A stretch of DNA of 40,340 nucleotides from Octopus bimaculoides (lineage: Eukaryota), in assembly GCF_001194135.2 (NCBI RefSeq), contig NC_068991.1, positions 50,003,877 through 50,044,216 of the forward strand, given 5' to 3'. The notes under the pieces are model-generated. The model saw only the letters and a list, made by a program, of their open reading frames with translations. It ran no database searches and was not told the origin of the DNA. Positions 1 through 12,458 of the stretch are shown piece by piece. Every line of letters begins with the position of its first letter. Position 1 is the first letter of the stretch. Made by a program: the position numbers and the translations under genes.

Positions 1-56
<56 letters not shown>

Positions 57-79
57 ATGTATGTGTGTGTGTGTGTGTT
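1..79. repeat. (TG)n microsatellite
   Basis: Direct observation. Confidence 0.98.
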
Positions 80-101
80 GTAACACTGAGTTATGTTTCA
101 G

Positions 102-182
102 AGCTTCAAACAAACTAACAACTGCGAACGGCAGTTTCGGAATCTATGCCCAGCGTGGGATGACGACTGGGGTTGTATGTAG
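102..182 (+). CDS. Candidate terminal exon of an upstream gene (SFKQTNNCERQFRNLCPAWDDDWGCM*)
   Basis: tatgtttcag acceptor, GC/CpG-richer than flanks, AT-rich downstream sequence with AATAAA at 766-771. Protein not recognised. Confidence 0.25.
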   Translation, partial: SFKQTNNCERQFRNLCPAWDDDWGCM

Positions 183-1080
183 ATGAATGATGAACAAGGA
201 TAAACAATATTGACAAGACTCCAAATTCACAGGAAAGAAGAAATGAGACTCGTGTGACATTCAGGCTTTTTTCCCAAAATAGTAAATTGAGAAACAAGTG
301 ATGGGTTACGGCTGACAATAATAATTTAGTGGCAGACGCGACTCACATGTAGTAAACGTGTGGAGTTTATTATGCGCAGTATTTGGCAGTTGTTGAGGGT
401 AAAAGAACAAGACAAGAGACGAATGTTTATTGAAGTTAAACCAAAGTCATTTAGTTTTAAAGGCCTTCTTTATAATATAGGGGAACAGAAGGGAACTTAA
501 TATTGGAGAGGGTGTGTCAAACACCGAGAAGGGTTTTATCACTGGAATTAGAAGCTTCGTTCATATATAGTGTGTATGCGTTTCAATTTCTAAAATATAT
601 TTCTCTTAAAAATACTTTACATCATAAACATTGTTCTAAAATTTAGAAAATAGTTATAAATAATTGATCGATAATATGAACGAATAAGAAACCGGTGCAA
701 ACCCTTTCCTTTAAGGTGTGTGTATTATATTTCAAAACAAAAGCCACAAGTGGCTAATTACACTTAATAAACCACAGACAAACCGTAGTAATTCTTAATA
801 CGGTTTGACGATGAACAGATAATTTGCAAAAGATTGGTTTATCATTTACGGAAGTATATTTATGAAAAAAATACTGAAAGTAAATAGCTTCCTTGTATCT
901 GAAGAAGAAAAAAAGTGAAGATAATGAAAGAAATGGAGTAACGACAGTTCAAAGCCGATTCGGGGTGGGAATAACAGGACATAACTGTTACAGACATTAG
1001 TGAAACATATTTATTTTGTAGATATATATATATGTATATGTACAGTATGTTTATACATACACACTATGCATATACAGTAT

Positions 1081-1288
1081 GTATATATGCATATAATAGT
1101 AGCATGTACATGTGTATATATGCATATAATAGTAGCATGTACATGTGTATATATTCATATAATAGTAGCATGTACATGTGTATATATTCATATAATAGTA
1201 GCATGTACATGTGTATATATTCATATAATAGTAGCATGTACATGTGTATATATTCATATAATAGTAGCATGTACATGTGTATATATAC
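1081..1288. repeat. 33-bp minisatellite, 6 copies plus a partial
   Basis: Unit gtatatat(g/t)catataatagtagcatgtacatgt. Explains the 11-aa repeat ORFs. Confidence 0.97.
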
Positions 1289-2211
1289 AGTATGAACATA
1301 TTGACGGCAATGGGCAGAAATAGAATTGTAATTTGCCGGTTATGATAAACAACATGACTGTTACAATAAAGATACTACATAATATTCTGTAGAAGTAGAC
1401 ATCGACTAAAATTAAACTTTAATAAGTTTATGGTCGAGGCCTTTCGGTGATTATTCACCGAAGTGAAAATGTTTGGTTTCATGGTGTTAGTTTCACAATT
1501 ATTAATCGACAATACATACAGATAATTACTAAAAAAAAAACGTATTTGCCACAAATATTAACAGTAATTTAATACCAGCAAGAGAGTTATCAGAAGTTAA
1601 TATTGAAAGAAAAAAAAAAGGAGTTTATGTTGGCGGCATTACCATTTGGAAAATATTAAGAGAATCATTTTAAAAGATTTAAAGATAATGTGAGGAGGCA
1701 GTAAGTAAAACAAATGGATTTATCTACTAATGAAGAGAGTAAGGAACAATAAAAGAATAGGTCCCTTTTACTTAAACAATTCAGTTGAACTGTCAATTTT
1801 TATAAAGACAGAACAGTCGTCAGTCGGTCTGTTTCTTCCATTATCATAGATGCCAGGATAGAGTTACAACAGGAGAACATTAAAAAGGTGCCCAGTTGTT
1901 TAAAACAACGAAAGAAATATCTCTAGAGTGAGATATATTTGGGTAAGAATAATAATAATGACTTAATGTCTGTTGAATAAGAATGTCTTCGTTTCCAAGA
2001 CGTAAAAAAAATGTCTCAGAATTTCGGTAAGAAGGGAAGAAGTAGATTAGGTCTAAAGAACTAAGAAATAATACGAAATATAATGAAAAACATAATTAAA
2101 AGATAGTGAAAGACAACGTTGTATAAATGATAAGAAAATTGGCAACCGGACGGGAAAATGATGACTGTGAAGAAATATTTTGGAATTAATAAAACAATTT
2201 TGTTTACATAC

Positions 2212-2247
2212 CAGCATCACTTGCAGAGAAGCTTTCCTCCATCGCAG
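2212..2247 (-). other. Candidate 36-nt exon (CTGCG-ATG GAG GAA AGC TTC TCT GCA AGT GAT GCT G; MEESFSASDA)
   Basis: Minus-strand acceptor gctcttattttag and donor G|GTATGT. Open frame containing an ATG. Confidence 0.3.
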
Positions 2248-2467
2248 CTAAAATAAGAGCTTTTTTTTTTTAAGTAAATCTAGAATATCTTCATCCAGCA
2301 GAATTGAGGCAAACTGTGTTTAATAGTAGTAAACTGTGGTTAATATATATTTATGGAGTTATAAACATCAATAAGTATAGAGGAGGCCTTGTTAGAGAAG
2401 TGACGAGAGTCAGCAGAAAGGATTTTTAACCTATCTGCCCAGTTTGTCTAAAACTAAAGGAAATAAG

Positions 2468-2596
2468 AACTGCTGCTGCTGATGATGGTGGTAGTACGGG
2501 AGGGGGTGCTGCTGCTGATGGTAGTGGTGGTGGTGGTGGTGGTAGTAGTGACAGTGACGCTGATGATGATAATCGTAGTGGTGGTGACAGTGGTGT
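2468..2596. repeat. Mixed (CTG/GAT/GTG/GTA) trinucleotide low-complexity tract
   Basis: Direct observation. Confidence 0.9.
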
Positions 2597-3872
2597 TACA
2601 CACAAGAACAATTGTAATTACACCGAACAACTCCTGCTATTCTTACTCAACCATTTCACATTTTTATACTGTATAAACTGAAAAACGTTTTGTTTCTACC
2701 CTTGGTCAGCTGGAAATTAATGAGCAAAACACCCGTAATTAGATCCAAAATTGTTATGTTCACAGGAAGTATGCCGTAATAATGACTGGTACACAAATCT
2801 TAGCCATTTCAATTAAATGCATGCCCTGCAGCTTTATTAATGAATAAAGAAAGAAAACTTGCCTTTTTTTAGTGAAACTTGTGTCCCAGAAATAAATGTT
2901 TTAAAGTTAAAACATACTTGTGTGTGCAAATATTCAAAAATAATAAAAGAATAGTATATTAAAAACTAGATGGAAATTTTCTATGGACCAGTTGTGTGAA
3001 GAGCAAAACCCTTTCATTCTGGGATTTCAAGAGGAGCATTTAAATTGTGAGTCACAAATTTCTTATAAAAGTGAATTAAGATAGAAAGAAAGTATGTATG
3101 TGGATGCATGTGAGTGTACATGTGTGTGTATATGTAGGCATGTATATTTGTTATATATTGTATATATGGTGAAAAGAGCACTGATAAAGGAAGAACCAAT
3201 CCTTTTTTATGCTAGTTGTGCAGCTAAATAAAACCTTCAAAGTATACTTTTGAAAAATTTTCCCGTATTTATGGATGTGTGGAAAATGTTTATTCCACAG
3301 GCAACTAAGAACAGGAAAACATGTGGGCACAATATCCAGGAAAGATATAATATCATAACATTGGCAAAATATATATGACTTTTGACAAAAAAGACTGCAC
3401 AAGCCTTTACTGCAACAGCAATAGGTGATGCAGACTTTGTTTAGCAGGAAAAAATATCGTACTGAAGAGCTCCTTCCACCTTGGTGCTTACATGAAATCT
3501 GAAAATGAAGCTTGCTACTCCTGTCCTCATGAGTGAAAGTTTACTTTAACCAGCTAGTTGGATATATCCTGAATACAAGGATTGGTTCTTAATAGTCCCC
3601 TGCACTTAAAAAGAAAATGTATACACAAACATGCATATACATGACCACAAATGGGTTTTTAAAAACCTCTCCCCATCCTGCTCCCCTAACTTTCTTATGC
3701 ATCTATTTATCTTTCTCTCTATTTCCACCTCATCATTGCTTCCCCCCATCTTCTCCCTACCATCAAACACATTAAACTGGAATGAACAATTTGGGACCTG
3801 AAAACTGACATGGCTAAAAGGGATCAATCTTGGGGACATAGCTCTGATGGGCTTTAGAACCATCCTTACTCA

Positions 3873-4269
3873 CTTTTCTTTTACTTTCTTTTACTTGTTT
3901 CAGTCATTTGACTGTGGCCATGCTGGAGCACCGCCTTTAGTCGAGCAAATCGACCCCAGAACTTATTCTTTGTAAGCCTAGTACTTATTCTATAGGTCTC
4001 TTTTGCCGAACCACTAAGTTACGGGGACGTAAACACACCGGCATCGGTTGTCAAGCGATGGTAGGGGGGACAAACACAGACACGCAAACATATATATACA
4101 TATATACGACGGGCTTCTTTCAGTTTCCGTCTACCAAATCCACTCACAAGGCTTTGGTCGGCCCGAGGCTATAGTAGAAGACACTTGCCCAAGGTGCCAT
4201 GCAGTGGGACTGAACCCGGAGCCATGTGGTTGGTAAGCAAGCTACTTACCACACAGCCACTCCTACGCC
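3873..4269 (-). mobile_element. tRNA-derived SINE, family A (head ggcgtaggagtggctgtgtggtaag..., internal microsatellite, tail ...agtcaaatgactgaaacaagtaaaag)
   Basis: Near-identical copies at 6548-6951 and 35365-35693. Pol III A/B-box-like head. Confidence 0.92.
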
Positions 4270-4339
4270 TATTTATTTTTTGTTCTATTAATGTTTTCTT
4301 TGACTCTTGTTCTAGTGTTCTACAATAACTCTGAGACCC

Positions 4340-4600
4340 ATAGCATGGGTGTGGCATTTTCAGGCCTCTAGTAGCAAAGTGCAAGCAATGCTTTTCCATT
4401 CAAACTAATTTTTCATACTTTTTGTATCTTTTCCAAAAAGCTGCATCAAATGAGAAGTTGTTACCATATCTAGACTACTTTTCCATAAATGTGTAGATAA
4501 ATCAAAAGCCTTGTCTAGCACTTTACTCCACATTTTAAGAACAACTAAGAACTCACAAGCACTGAATGTTATAACTTGAAACCTTTGCATCGGTGAGTTG
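4340..4600 (-). mobile_element. hAT-type transposase remnant
   Basis: CEFLVVLKMWSKVLDKAFDLSTHLWKSSLDM resembles the hAT pattern FEFxxxLxxWxxIL...SxxLQxxxxD. Contains stops. Confidence 0.5.
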
Positions 4601-4929
4601 CTTAGTATTACAATTTTCTATCTTACCATGTAGAATTTTTTGCAGAGCTAGTACTTATATTGGTTTTCAATTTTGGCACAAGGCCAGCAATTTTGGGTGA
4701 GGAATAAGTCGACTATAGTGACTCCACTGCTCCACTGGTATTGATAAGTTCTACAGAATAACCTTTACAAGTGACTTTCTGTATACTCAAATAGTATCAC
4801 GATTTTTTTCTAGAGTCAGAACAAATGATTTGATCTGATTATATCATTCTTCTTTTAGTACTGAAAGATGAAGTAAATTACCAGGTAAAAAAAAAGTATA
4901 GATGCTCTCTAAGGTTTCAAAAAACAACT

Positions 4930-5990
4930 AGGTTTGAATATTAGAGCTTCCTGCATCAATTAGAATCTCTGCAGAAGACCATTGCACTGTATGAAGTGCC
5001 CACCCAATATATCAACATCATGTAATCACTTTATGGGAGAACATGCAGTTGCATTCAAACCACAGTTGGGAACATGGATATGTATGACATCGTGATAGGG
5101 GTATGTTTACTGTGGTGGTGGTGGTGGTAGATTTCACCATGGGGAAGTCTATGAGCGATCCAGTATGTGGCATCAAATGGAGACAAGGAAGACTCAGAGA
5201 TCTTGATTTTGCCAACAATCTGAGATTTTTTAATACCTTAGCTACAGTAATGCAAAACATTATCATCAGTATCAGAATATCTACTCAAAGGCTGGTATTC
5301 AGGTCATCAAGGAAAATAAATGTATGAATATTATTGGTGAGCAGCATATTAATGGTCAGAATATAATTGGTCAGAATACTACTGGTCAGCAGCAACTAGT
5401 CTGACTGTAAAGCCAGATTCTGGAATTCATTTTTTCAGTCAAGTACATGAGCAGTAACATCATTAAAGATGGAAAGTTGGGAAAAAATGCAGAGAAATGT
5501 CTCAGGATAGCTGCAACTATTTTCAAGCCTCTGAGACCTGTATGGTCCATCTCTTCCAGCAACTACAATCCCAAACTCTGTCTGTATATATCCATCATTA
5601 AATTGATGGCGATTTATGCCTATGAGATGTGAGAAAAGATCAGTAAAATTTCTACTCCAGATGTTTTCCTCAGTAGTTGCCTCAGAATTGTACACAGAAC
5701 TTCTTGGTGCAACCAAACCACAAATGAAGAAATAATGCAAAAAACTGGGTTGAGTAACCAGATAGAATACCAGCACTATAAGACAGCAGAAAGTGCTTAG
5801 TCATTTGTTGTTCATGAAGAAACTAAAGGGAACCACCTGTGCAGTTGCAGTAGCAGCCAGAGTGCTAATATGATCCACTAGGTTGAAAGTAGAGACTAAC
5901 AATCTTTTAAGAGCAACCACAATGGCCAGGGCACTGTCTCTACTTCTTGGACTGAAGGCAGGAAGCAAGTCTTCATGGTTCCACCTCTAG
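4930..5990 (+). mobile_element. RTE-clade LINE reverse transcriptase fossil
   Basis: YEVPTQYINIM*SLY...; GIKWRQGRLRDLDFANNL (LDFADD motif); IAATIFKPLRPVWS...KLCLYISII. Frameshifted. Confidence 0.88.
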
Positions 5991-6547
5991 CATAGCAGAT
6001 TTTGCATATTTGCTGAATAATAAGCAGGCATCTAATTTCTGTTATATTAAAGATTTTTTTCTTCTGAGTTTGTGACTCCTGTTATCTTCTTTCTGTCTCA
6101 CTCGGATAGTTTCTTAGCATCTTTTGCCAAGGCATTCCTTATCAGAAAAAAGAAAATCCATGATAGGATCAGCATGTGATAAGAATATATTATAATTAGA
6201 TTTGGGGCAACATTGACTTTTGGTTAGCAATAAATGAATTACCCAAATGTATGCTCAGCTTCACTTCTTTTGCATTACATGAAATATTTCATTAACTATA
6301 ATATATTTAGTAAATATTGGTGTGCTACCAGATTGTTGTTATACACAGTGAGAGAGCATCAAAGAGAAATAATGCATATTTAGATATAGCAGTTTATAAA
6401 TGTGTGAAGGAGACAGAGAAAGGCATTAAGTAATGCATGCACGTATTTGTGTGAATTTGAGAAATATAGAGTAAGATGGGCAATGATGTCCTATCACAAA
6501 CAGTGATTTAATTTTGAGAGTAAATAATAAGAACAAAATAAGTGTAT

Positions 6548-6951
6548 ACTCTTTTACTCTTTTCAGTCATTTGACTGCGGCCATGCTGGAGCACCGCCTT
6601 TAGTCGAGCAAATCGACCCCAGGACTTATTCTTTGTAAGCCTAGTACTTATTGTATCGGTCTATTTTGCTGAACCGCTAAGTTACGGGTACGTAAACACA
6701 CCAGCATCGGTTGTCAAGCGATGTAGGGGGGACAAACACAGACACATAAACATACACACACACATACATACATATATATATACAAATATACAACAGGCTT
6801 CTTTCAGTTTCCGTCTACCAAATCCACTCACAAGGCTTTGGTCAGCCTGAGGCTGTAGTAGAAGACACTTGCCCAAGGTGTCACACAGTGGGACTGAACC
6901 CGGAACCATGTGGTTGGTAAGCAAGCTACTTACCACACAGCCACTCCTACG
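6548..6951 (-). mobile_element. SINE family A, full length
   Basis: Same head, body and tail as 3873-4269. Confidence 0.92.
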
Positions 6952-6989
6952 TGTATGTGAATTTTGTGCAGGAAATGAGACAAAACAAT

Positions 6990-7203
6990 ATTGGTTTCAA
7001 ATTTTAGCATAAGGCCAGTAATTTTGGAGGAGGGGTGAGTCGATTACATCGATCCCAGTACATGACTGATACTTATTTTATTAACCCCAAAAGGATGAAG
7101 AGCAAAGTTGACCTCAGAGGCATTCAAACTAAGAATGGAAAGATGGACAAAATGCTACAAAGCATTTAGCCCAGCATGCTAATGATTCTCCCAGCTCACT
7201 ATC
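6990..7203 (-). mobile_element. SINE family B (older subtype, tail ...ctggccttgtgccaaaatttgaaacca)
   Basis: Shares core gtcgactttgcctttcatcctttcggggtcgataaa and head with other B copies. Confidence 0.85.
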
Positions 7204-7289
7204 TTCAAGACAAAAATATATTAAATACAAGACTTACTTATAGTCTTACAGATTATAAACAATAAAAAACATTTAAGTGAGCTAATTAC

Positions 7290-7930
7290 AAGCTGTTACA
7301 AGGAATCTTTGAAAAGAGCTGAAAGTTTGTAAATGCAATGAGAATGCTAGGAATAGCCGCAAAAGTTTGTAGTTTTATTAAATTGTAGAATGTTTAAGTT
7401 CATCATGGATGTTGGGATGTTTGTACTTTCTCTTTGAGCAATCTCTCAGTTAGCAAATGCAGGATCTGCTGGTTTATTTCTTGATTTAAAGTGCAGAATT
7501 TCTGCTGGAACATTTATAAATTCAGAATTCCTGTTGAAGCTTATCTCAGCATGTAGTCAAAGTGAGAGGGGGTGGGGAGAGACAGGAATACATACAAGAG
7601 AAAAGAAGAAGAAGAAGAAGAAGAAGAAGAAAGGTATGAGAAAGAAGCATTTTCATGGCTGGAATGATGAGAAGAGGAGGTGTCCAGCAACAAACTTGCT
7701 TTGAACAGAAAGTCTCTTCTAATGTCCTTATGTAATACAGTGGAACAATGGAAGCTCTCGGAGTGATATAAATCCCAGTTGCTGACTGATTAGTAATCTG
7801 AACAATTGTGCCAAGTCAAGATCAAACCATGAGCATGTGTTCAATAAACGAACAATTTGAAGAAAGTGAAACAAGAGCAGGGTTTGCATCTCTGCTAAGT
7901 GAATCACTACAAATACATAATCATATTCTA
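7290..7930 (-). mobile_element. Degenerate hAT transposase remnant
   Basis: SDSLSRDANPALVSLSSNCSFIEHMLMV and DKLQQEF...CSKRKYKHPNIH resemble the hAT C-terminal and dimerisation regions. Many stops. Confidence 0.35.
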
Positions 7931-7939
7931 TAGTCATGC

Positions 7940-8585
7940 TGGTGTCATGTAACTGGTACCCATGCTGATGGCACATGAAGGGCACCCTTCAAGTGTTGGC
8001 GCTCACAGAGGCAAAGTGGCTGAGTTCTTTTTGAGCATTGGGCTTCATGGAGGCATTGACTGAGAACTTTGGCATTATGTCATGCTTCAGAAGAAGACCC
8101 ATCAAGCTAAGCAAAATTGCAGTCATGGCAGATACTGGTGTCATGCAAATGGCACCTGTACCAGTGGCACATAAAAGCACCCATTACACTCTCAGAGTGG
8201 TTGGTGTTAGGAAGGTTGGTGTTAGGTGGCGAGCTGGCAGAAACGTTAGCACGACGGGCGAAATGCTTAGTGGTATTTCGTCTGCCGTTACGTTCTGAGT
8301 TCAAATTCCGCCAAGGTCGACTTTGCCGTTCATCCTTTCGGGGTCGATAAATTAAGTTACGCACTGGGGTCGATGTAATCGACTTAATCCCTTTGTCTGT
8401 CCTTGTTTGTCTCCTCTATGTTTAGCCCCTTGTGGGCAATTAAGAAACGTTAGGAAGGGCATCCAGTTGTATAAAACCATGCCAAATTAGATTGGAGTCT
8501 GGTGCAGCCTTCCAACTTACCAGCCCTGGTCAAACCATCCAGACCATGCCAGCATGGATAACAGACGTTAAATGATGATGATGAA
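7940..8585 (+). mobile_element. 5'-truncated RTE LINE 3' end (tail ...acagacgttaaatgatgatgatg) interrupted by a SINE B
   Basis: Matches other copies of the same tail family. Insert flanked by a gttaggaagg duplication. Confidence 0.85.
8225..8447 (+). mobile_element. SINE family B (young subtype, tail ...tttagccccttgtgggcaat-aagaaa)
   Basis: Head ggtggcgagctggcagaaacgttagc with B-box gagttcaaattcc. TSD gttaggaagg at 8206-8215 and 8449-8458. Confidence 0.93.
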
Positions 8586-8702
8586 ATAAAGTTAGATAAG
8601 GCCAGCTTAAGGGATTACCTAAACTGGCCTTTCCTAACTTTATTTATATTATATACTGCTCTATAACTTAGTGTGCTTCTTTTTGGAATTTATGTTTTAC
8701 CG

Positions 8703-8742
<40 letters not shown>

Positions 8743-9429
8743 TGTTATTGGGTGTATATTGATAACTCTGTGAATTATTTTATTTTGGGATGACCTCTGT
8801 TTAACTCCTTTTCTTTTGGTCTTTTTCTATTTATAATTGCTTGATGTCCATCACCTATTTAATTAAATGACAGCTGAACAAGTTTTTGTATAAACAACTC
8901 TTGAAATATGTGTGGTAGGTTTCTAATTATTTTTTATGATTAACACTACAGAAGCTGGAAGATGCTGTGCCAGAAATGTCCCATTTACAACTCTGTTCAT
9001 TGATTGATCATGTGTACATGTATGTGTGTGTGATTGAGAGAGAGAGAGGGGGAGGGAGAGGGAGAGAGAGCATGGGGTGGTTGGGTAGAATGAGAGTTAG
9101 AGCATGAATGAGAATCAATGTATGTTTTATTGATCTTTTGTGTGTTAATCATCCTCTCTAGGATGGATTTTCTACCCATTTAAACCTTGGCACAAATATT
9201 GACCACTCATTCCAACAATTTACACTTGTATGCATATTTGCTACATGCATTCGTATTTACACTCATATTCATATGTATTTGTAACAACTCTCATGGAAAT
9301 CATCTTAACTAGCAAATTTTAAACAAATGTTTGAAATATTTTATTTAGTTTACACAAAAGCAGTGAAACATGAGCTATGAATACTTGCAAAGGCTTCAAA
9401 GAAATGAAGCCAGCATGCTGGATGGGTAA

Positions 9430-9995
9430 TGTCAATCTGCACATGTGACAGTGTAAATGATTTAAGAGGAAAACTGGGTATAAGAGGCATCAGATGTTGT
9501 GTGCAAGAGAGTAGATTATGCTGTATAGTCATGTGATGTGTATGGATGAGGACAGTTGATTATAGAAGTGCTGATCTGTAATTGTGGAGGGAACCTGTGG
9601 AAGGTGTAGATCCAGAAAGACGTGGGACAAAATGGTGAGTCAGGATCTATAGATGCTGGGCCTCACTGAGGAGATGACATGGGACTGGGACTTGAGGTAA
9701 TTTGCTATATTTGAGAAGACATGTCAGGCTAAGTACAATCATGGTCATCCATACATACAGGTATGTCCTTTATGGCCATACCCCAACACTCTTTCTTTCA
9801 GCCAAGAGGTCTTTGCCTTGCAGGTGCCAGTACCACATAAAATATATTTGTGCTGGTGTTACATAAACACACTTGTATCAATGGCATGTAAAAAGCACCC
9901 AGCACATTCCGTAAAGTGGTTGGCATTAGGAAGGGCATGCTGCTGAAGAAACCATGCCAAAACAGACAATTGGTGTCTGGACATTAAACAATGAT
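9430..9995 (+). mobile_element. 5'-truncated RTE LINE (RT C-terminus plus 3'UTR)
   Basis: RGIRCCVQES...IVEGTCG...RKTWD...DL*MLGLTEEMTWD followed by the family 3'UTR and (GAT)-type tail. Confidence 0.85.
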
Positions 9996-10012
9996 GATAA
10001 TGACAACATAAT

Positions 10013-10160
10013 CCTTTCTACTATAGGCACTGTAATTTTGAGGGAGGGGACTAGTCAATTACATTAACCCTAGAATTTCATTGGTACTTAATTTATCAAC
10101 CCCAAAAGGATGAAAAGCAAAGTCGACCTCAGCGGAATTTGAACTCAAAATGTAGCAATG
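10013..10160 (-). mobile_element. SINE family B, partial
   Basis: Core and B-box present. Confidence 0.8.
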
Positions 10161-11455
10161 ATGACAGCATAATGTCTGTTTGAAGGTTAAGGTTCTGCTT
10201 AAATCAATGGTCCTTAATCAGAGTCCACATGAGATTATGTTGTTAAAATTTATCTCTCATAAATTGGTTATAAATCTTCAATACACAAAATATTTTAATA
10301 ATTATTTTTATACAATTCCCAATGATATTTAATTATAAAAATATAATAGGATTTTTTTTTAACATCGATTGGATAGGTCCATGTGAGTAAAATAGATATC
10401 AAAGGGGTTAATTGATAAGCAGCCAGAAACACTGGCTTAAACCTTCAATGGTTTAGTTGTGTACCTCCAGGTCAACAAACTCAAGCAAAATACGAAAATA
10501 TTTATATCATACTTCATAGTGTACCATCACCAAATCACTGCCTCAGCAGAAATGCCTGGCCATTCTGGAGCTCCAGCATTTCTACTTTTTTTTAATGGGA
10601 AAGCAAAGACCTGTGTAGAGAGATTCATCTACTGTTAACACCACGCTCAGCATATTTCTTGTCATTAATGTACATACATGGTGTTAGACACTTCTGACAC
10701 ATCTTTTATACTGTGAATAGATGTAGTTGTCCTTTAAGAGGCTTGTCTTTCTGCTGCTGTTGATCATTGAATTGATAGGTAGCACAGGTAGGATGGTTTG
10801 ACAGGGAACTGGCAAGCTGTAGGGTTGTGCTGAAGTCCAATGTCATCTTTGGTATGGTTTCTATGGCTTGATGCCCTTCCTCAAACCCTTTTTCATGCCA
10901 TTGGCACTAGTGGGGTTGCCTAAGATGCAACTGAATATTTACTTCACCTTGAGATTAAATCAACATATTTTTTATATGTATTTTAATCAGGTCAGTTTCA
11001 TTAAATCCATATGTTTGATTTGTGTCATTATATAAAAATGCCTGTTATTGGCTATACACACACACTCACACACATATATATATAGTAGAATAATAATAAG
11101 AAAGTTCTTGATACAGTATTATATATTTATAAAAATGAGTAGAGAAGGCTTTTGGGGGGGATCAAAATAAAAATTATCTCCCAAAAAAGCCATCTCTACT
11201 CATTTTTCCAAATATATTGGGTTGGTGCATAATTATTATGTTTTTTTTTTTCAACAAATTTTATTCGACAAAAACATCTTTAAATGATTATTTTGGAGCA
11301 TGTTCACCATCTACTTCAATTACTGCTTTCCATTTGCTTGGCAGACAATCAGATCGTCATTTAAAGATGTTTTTGTTAAATATTGTTATTGTTTTTCTTG
11401 AATAAAATTTGTTGAAAAACACCCACAATAACTATGCACCAACCCAATATATATA

Positions 11456-11767
11456 NNNNNNNNNNNNNNNNNNNNNNNNNNNNNNNNNNNNNNNNNNNNN
11501 NNNNNNNNNNNNNNNNNNNNNNNNNNNNNNNNNNNNNNNNNNNNNNNNNNNNNNNNNNNNNNNNNNNNNNNNNNNNNNNNNNNNNNNNNNNNNNNNNNNN
11601 NNNNNNNNNNNNNNNNNNNNNNNNNNNNNNNNNNNNNNNNNNNNNNNNNNNNNNNNNNNNNNNNNNNNNNNNNNNNNNNNNNNNNNNNNNNNNNNNNNNN
11701 NNNNNNNNNNNNNNNNNNNNNNNNNNNNNNNNNNNNNNNNNNNNNNNNNNNNNNNNNNNNNNNNNNN
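11456..11767. other. Assembly gap flanked by (TA)n
   Basis: N run. Confidence 1.
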
Positions 11768-11804
<37 letters not shown>

Positions 11805-11868
11805 AAATAGTCAATGGACACTAAGCAGTCCTTTTTGAAGATGGCTAATAAGAACCCTGAGTCATCGT

Positions 11869-12036
11869 CACTAGCATAGCTAGAATGTGTACCACCCGGG
11901 GTTGCCCTTCCATTTGCTGCCCCCGGACCCCTCAAAATACACATATTGCCTGCAGCAGACCCAAAAGTGGTACCTCTTTAAAAGTGTCACTCAGGGCGGA
12001 TTGCTCCTACTGCCGCCCCCACCAGCTACGCTAGTG
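11869..12036. mobile_element. 168-bp hAT-type MITE
   Basis: 13-bp TIRs cactagc(a/g)tagct with one mismatch. 8-bp TSD gtcatcgt / gtcatcat. GC-rich interior. Confidence 0.82.
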
Positions 12037-12458
12037 GTCATCATCATCATCATCATCATTATCATTTTACTGTCCACTTTCCCGTCCTTGCATCGTTCAG
12101 ACAAAATTTGTTTTTTGGCAGATTTTCTAAGGTTGGATACCCTTCCTGTTGCCAACTCTCATCAGTTTCCAAGCGAGGTAATATTTCCCTGTAGTCAAAC
12201 ATGTTTTCACAGAAGCTTGAAAATGATGAACATTGCATGTATGACAGTGAAGCTCAGTTACAACTATCACATGATATTACGACAAGGAAGCAAACACCCA
12301 CCACACATGTACATATGACCTACTTTATCTTGAAAAGCCAAGGCACTTAGTCATATATATAAAAAGAGTAGGATACATTCATGGCCTTGGGAATTTGCAT
12401 AATTTAAACAAAAGTGAGCCAAGAGAATAACTCGGAGTGGCCTGTGGCATGCTTATAT

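Noticed and set aside
1000-1323. ORFs with repeated HIIVACTCVY or YYYMNIYTCTC peptides; possible CRISPR-like array
   Set aside because: Pure tandem 33-bp minisatellite with no unique spacers and no cas genes; eukaryotic context.
1579-1700. + strand segment between an acceptor-like taataccag and GTAAGT
   Set aside because: Stops in all three frames and no recognisable protein; such motifs occur by chance in AT-rich DNA.
2426-2676. Poly-Val and poly-Pro ORFs
   Set aside because: Translation of trinucleotide low-complexity sequence.
11386-11944. Long ORFs here and at 22318-23070 and 34780-35674
   Set aside because: They are open only because N runs contain no stop codons.
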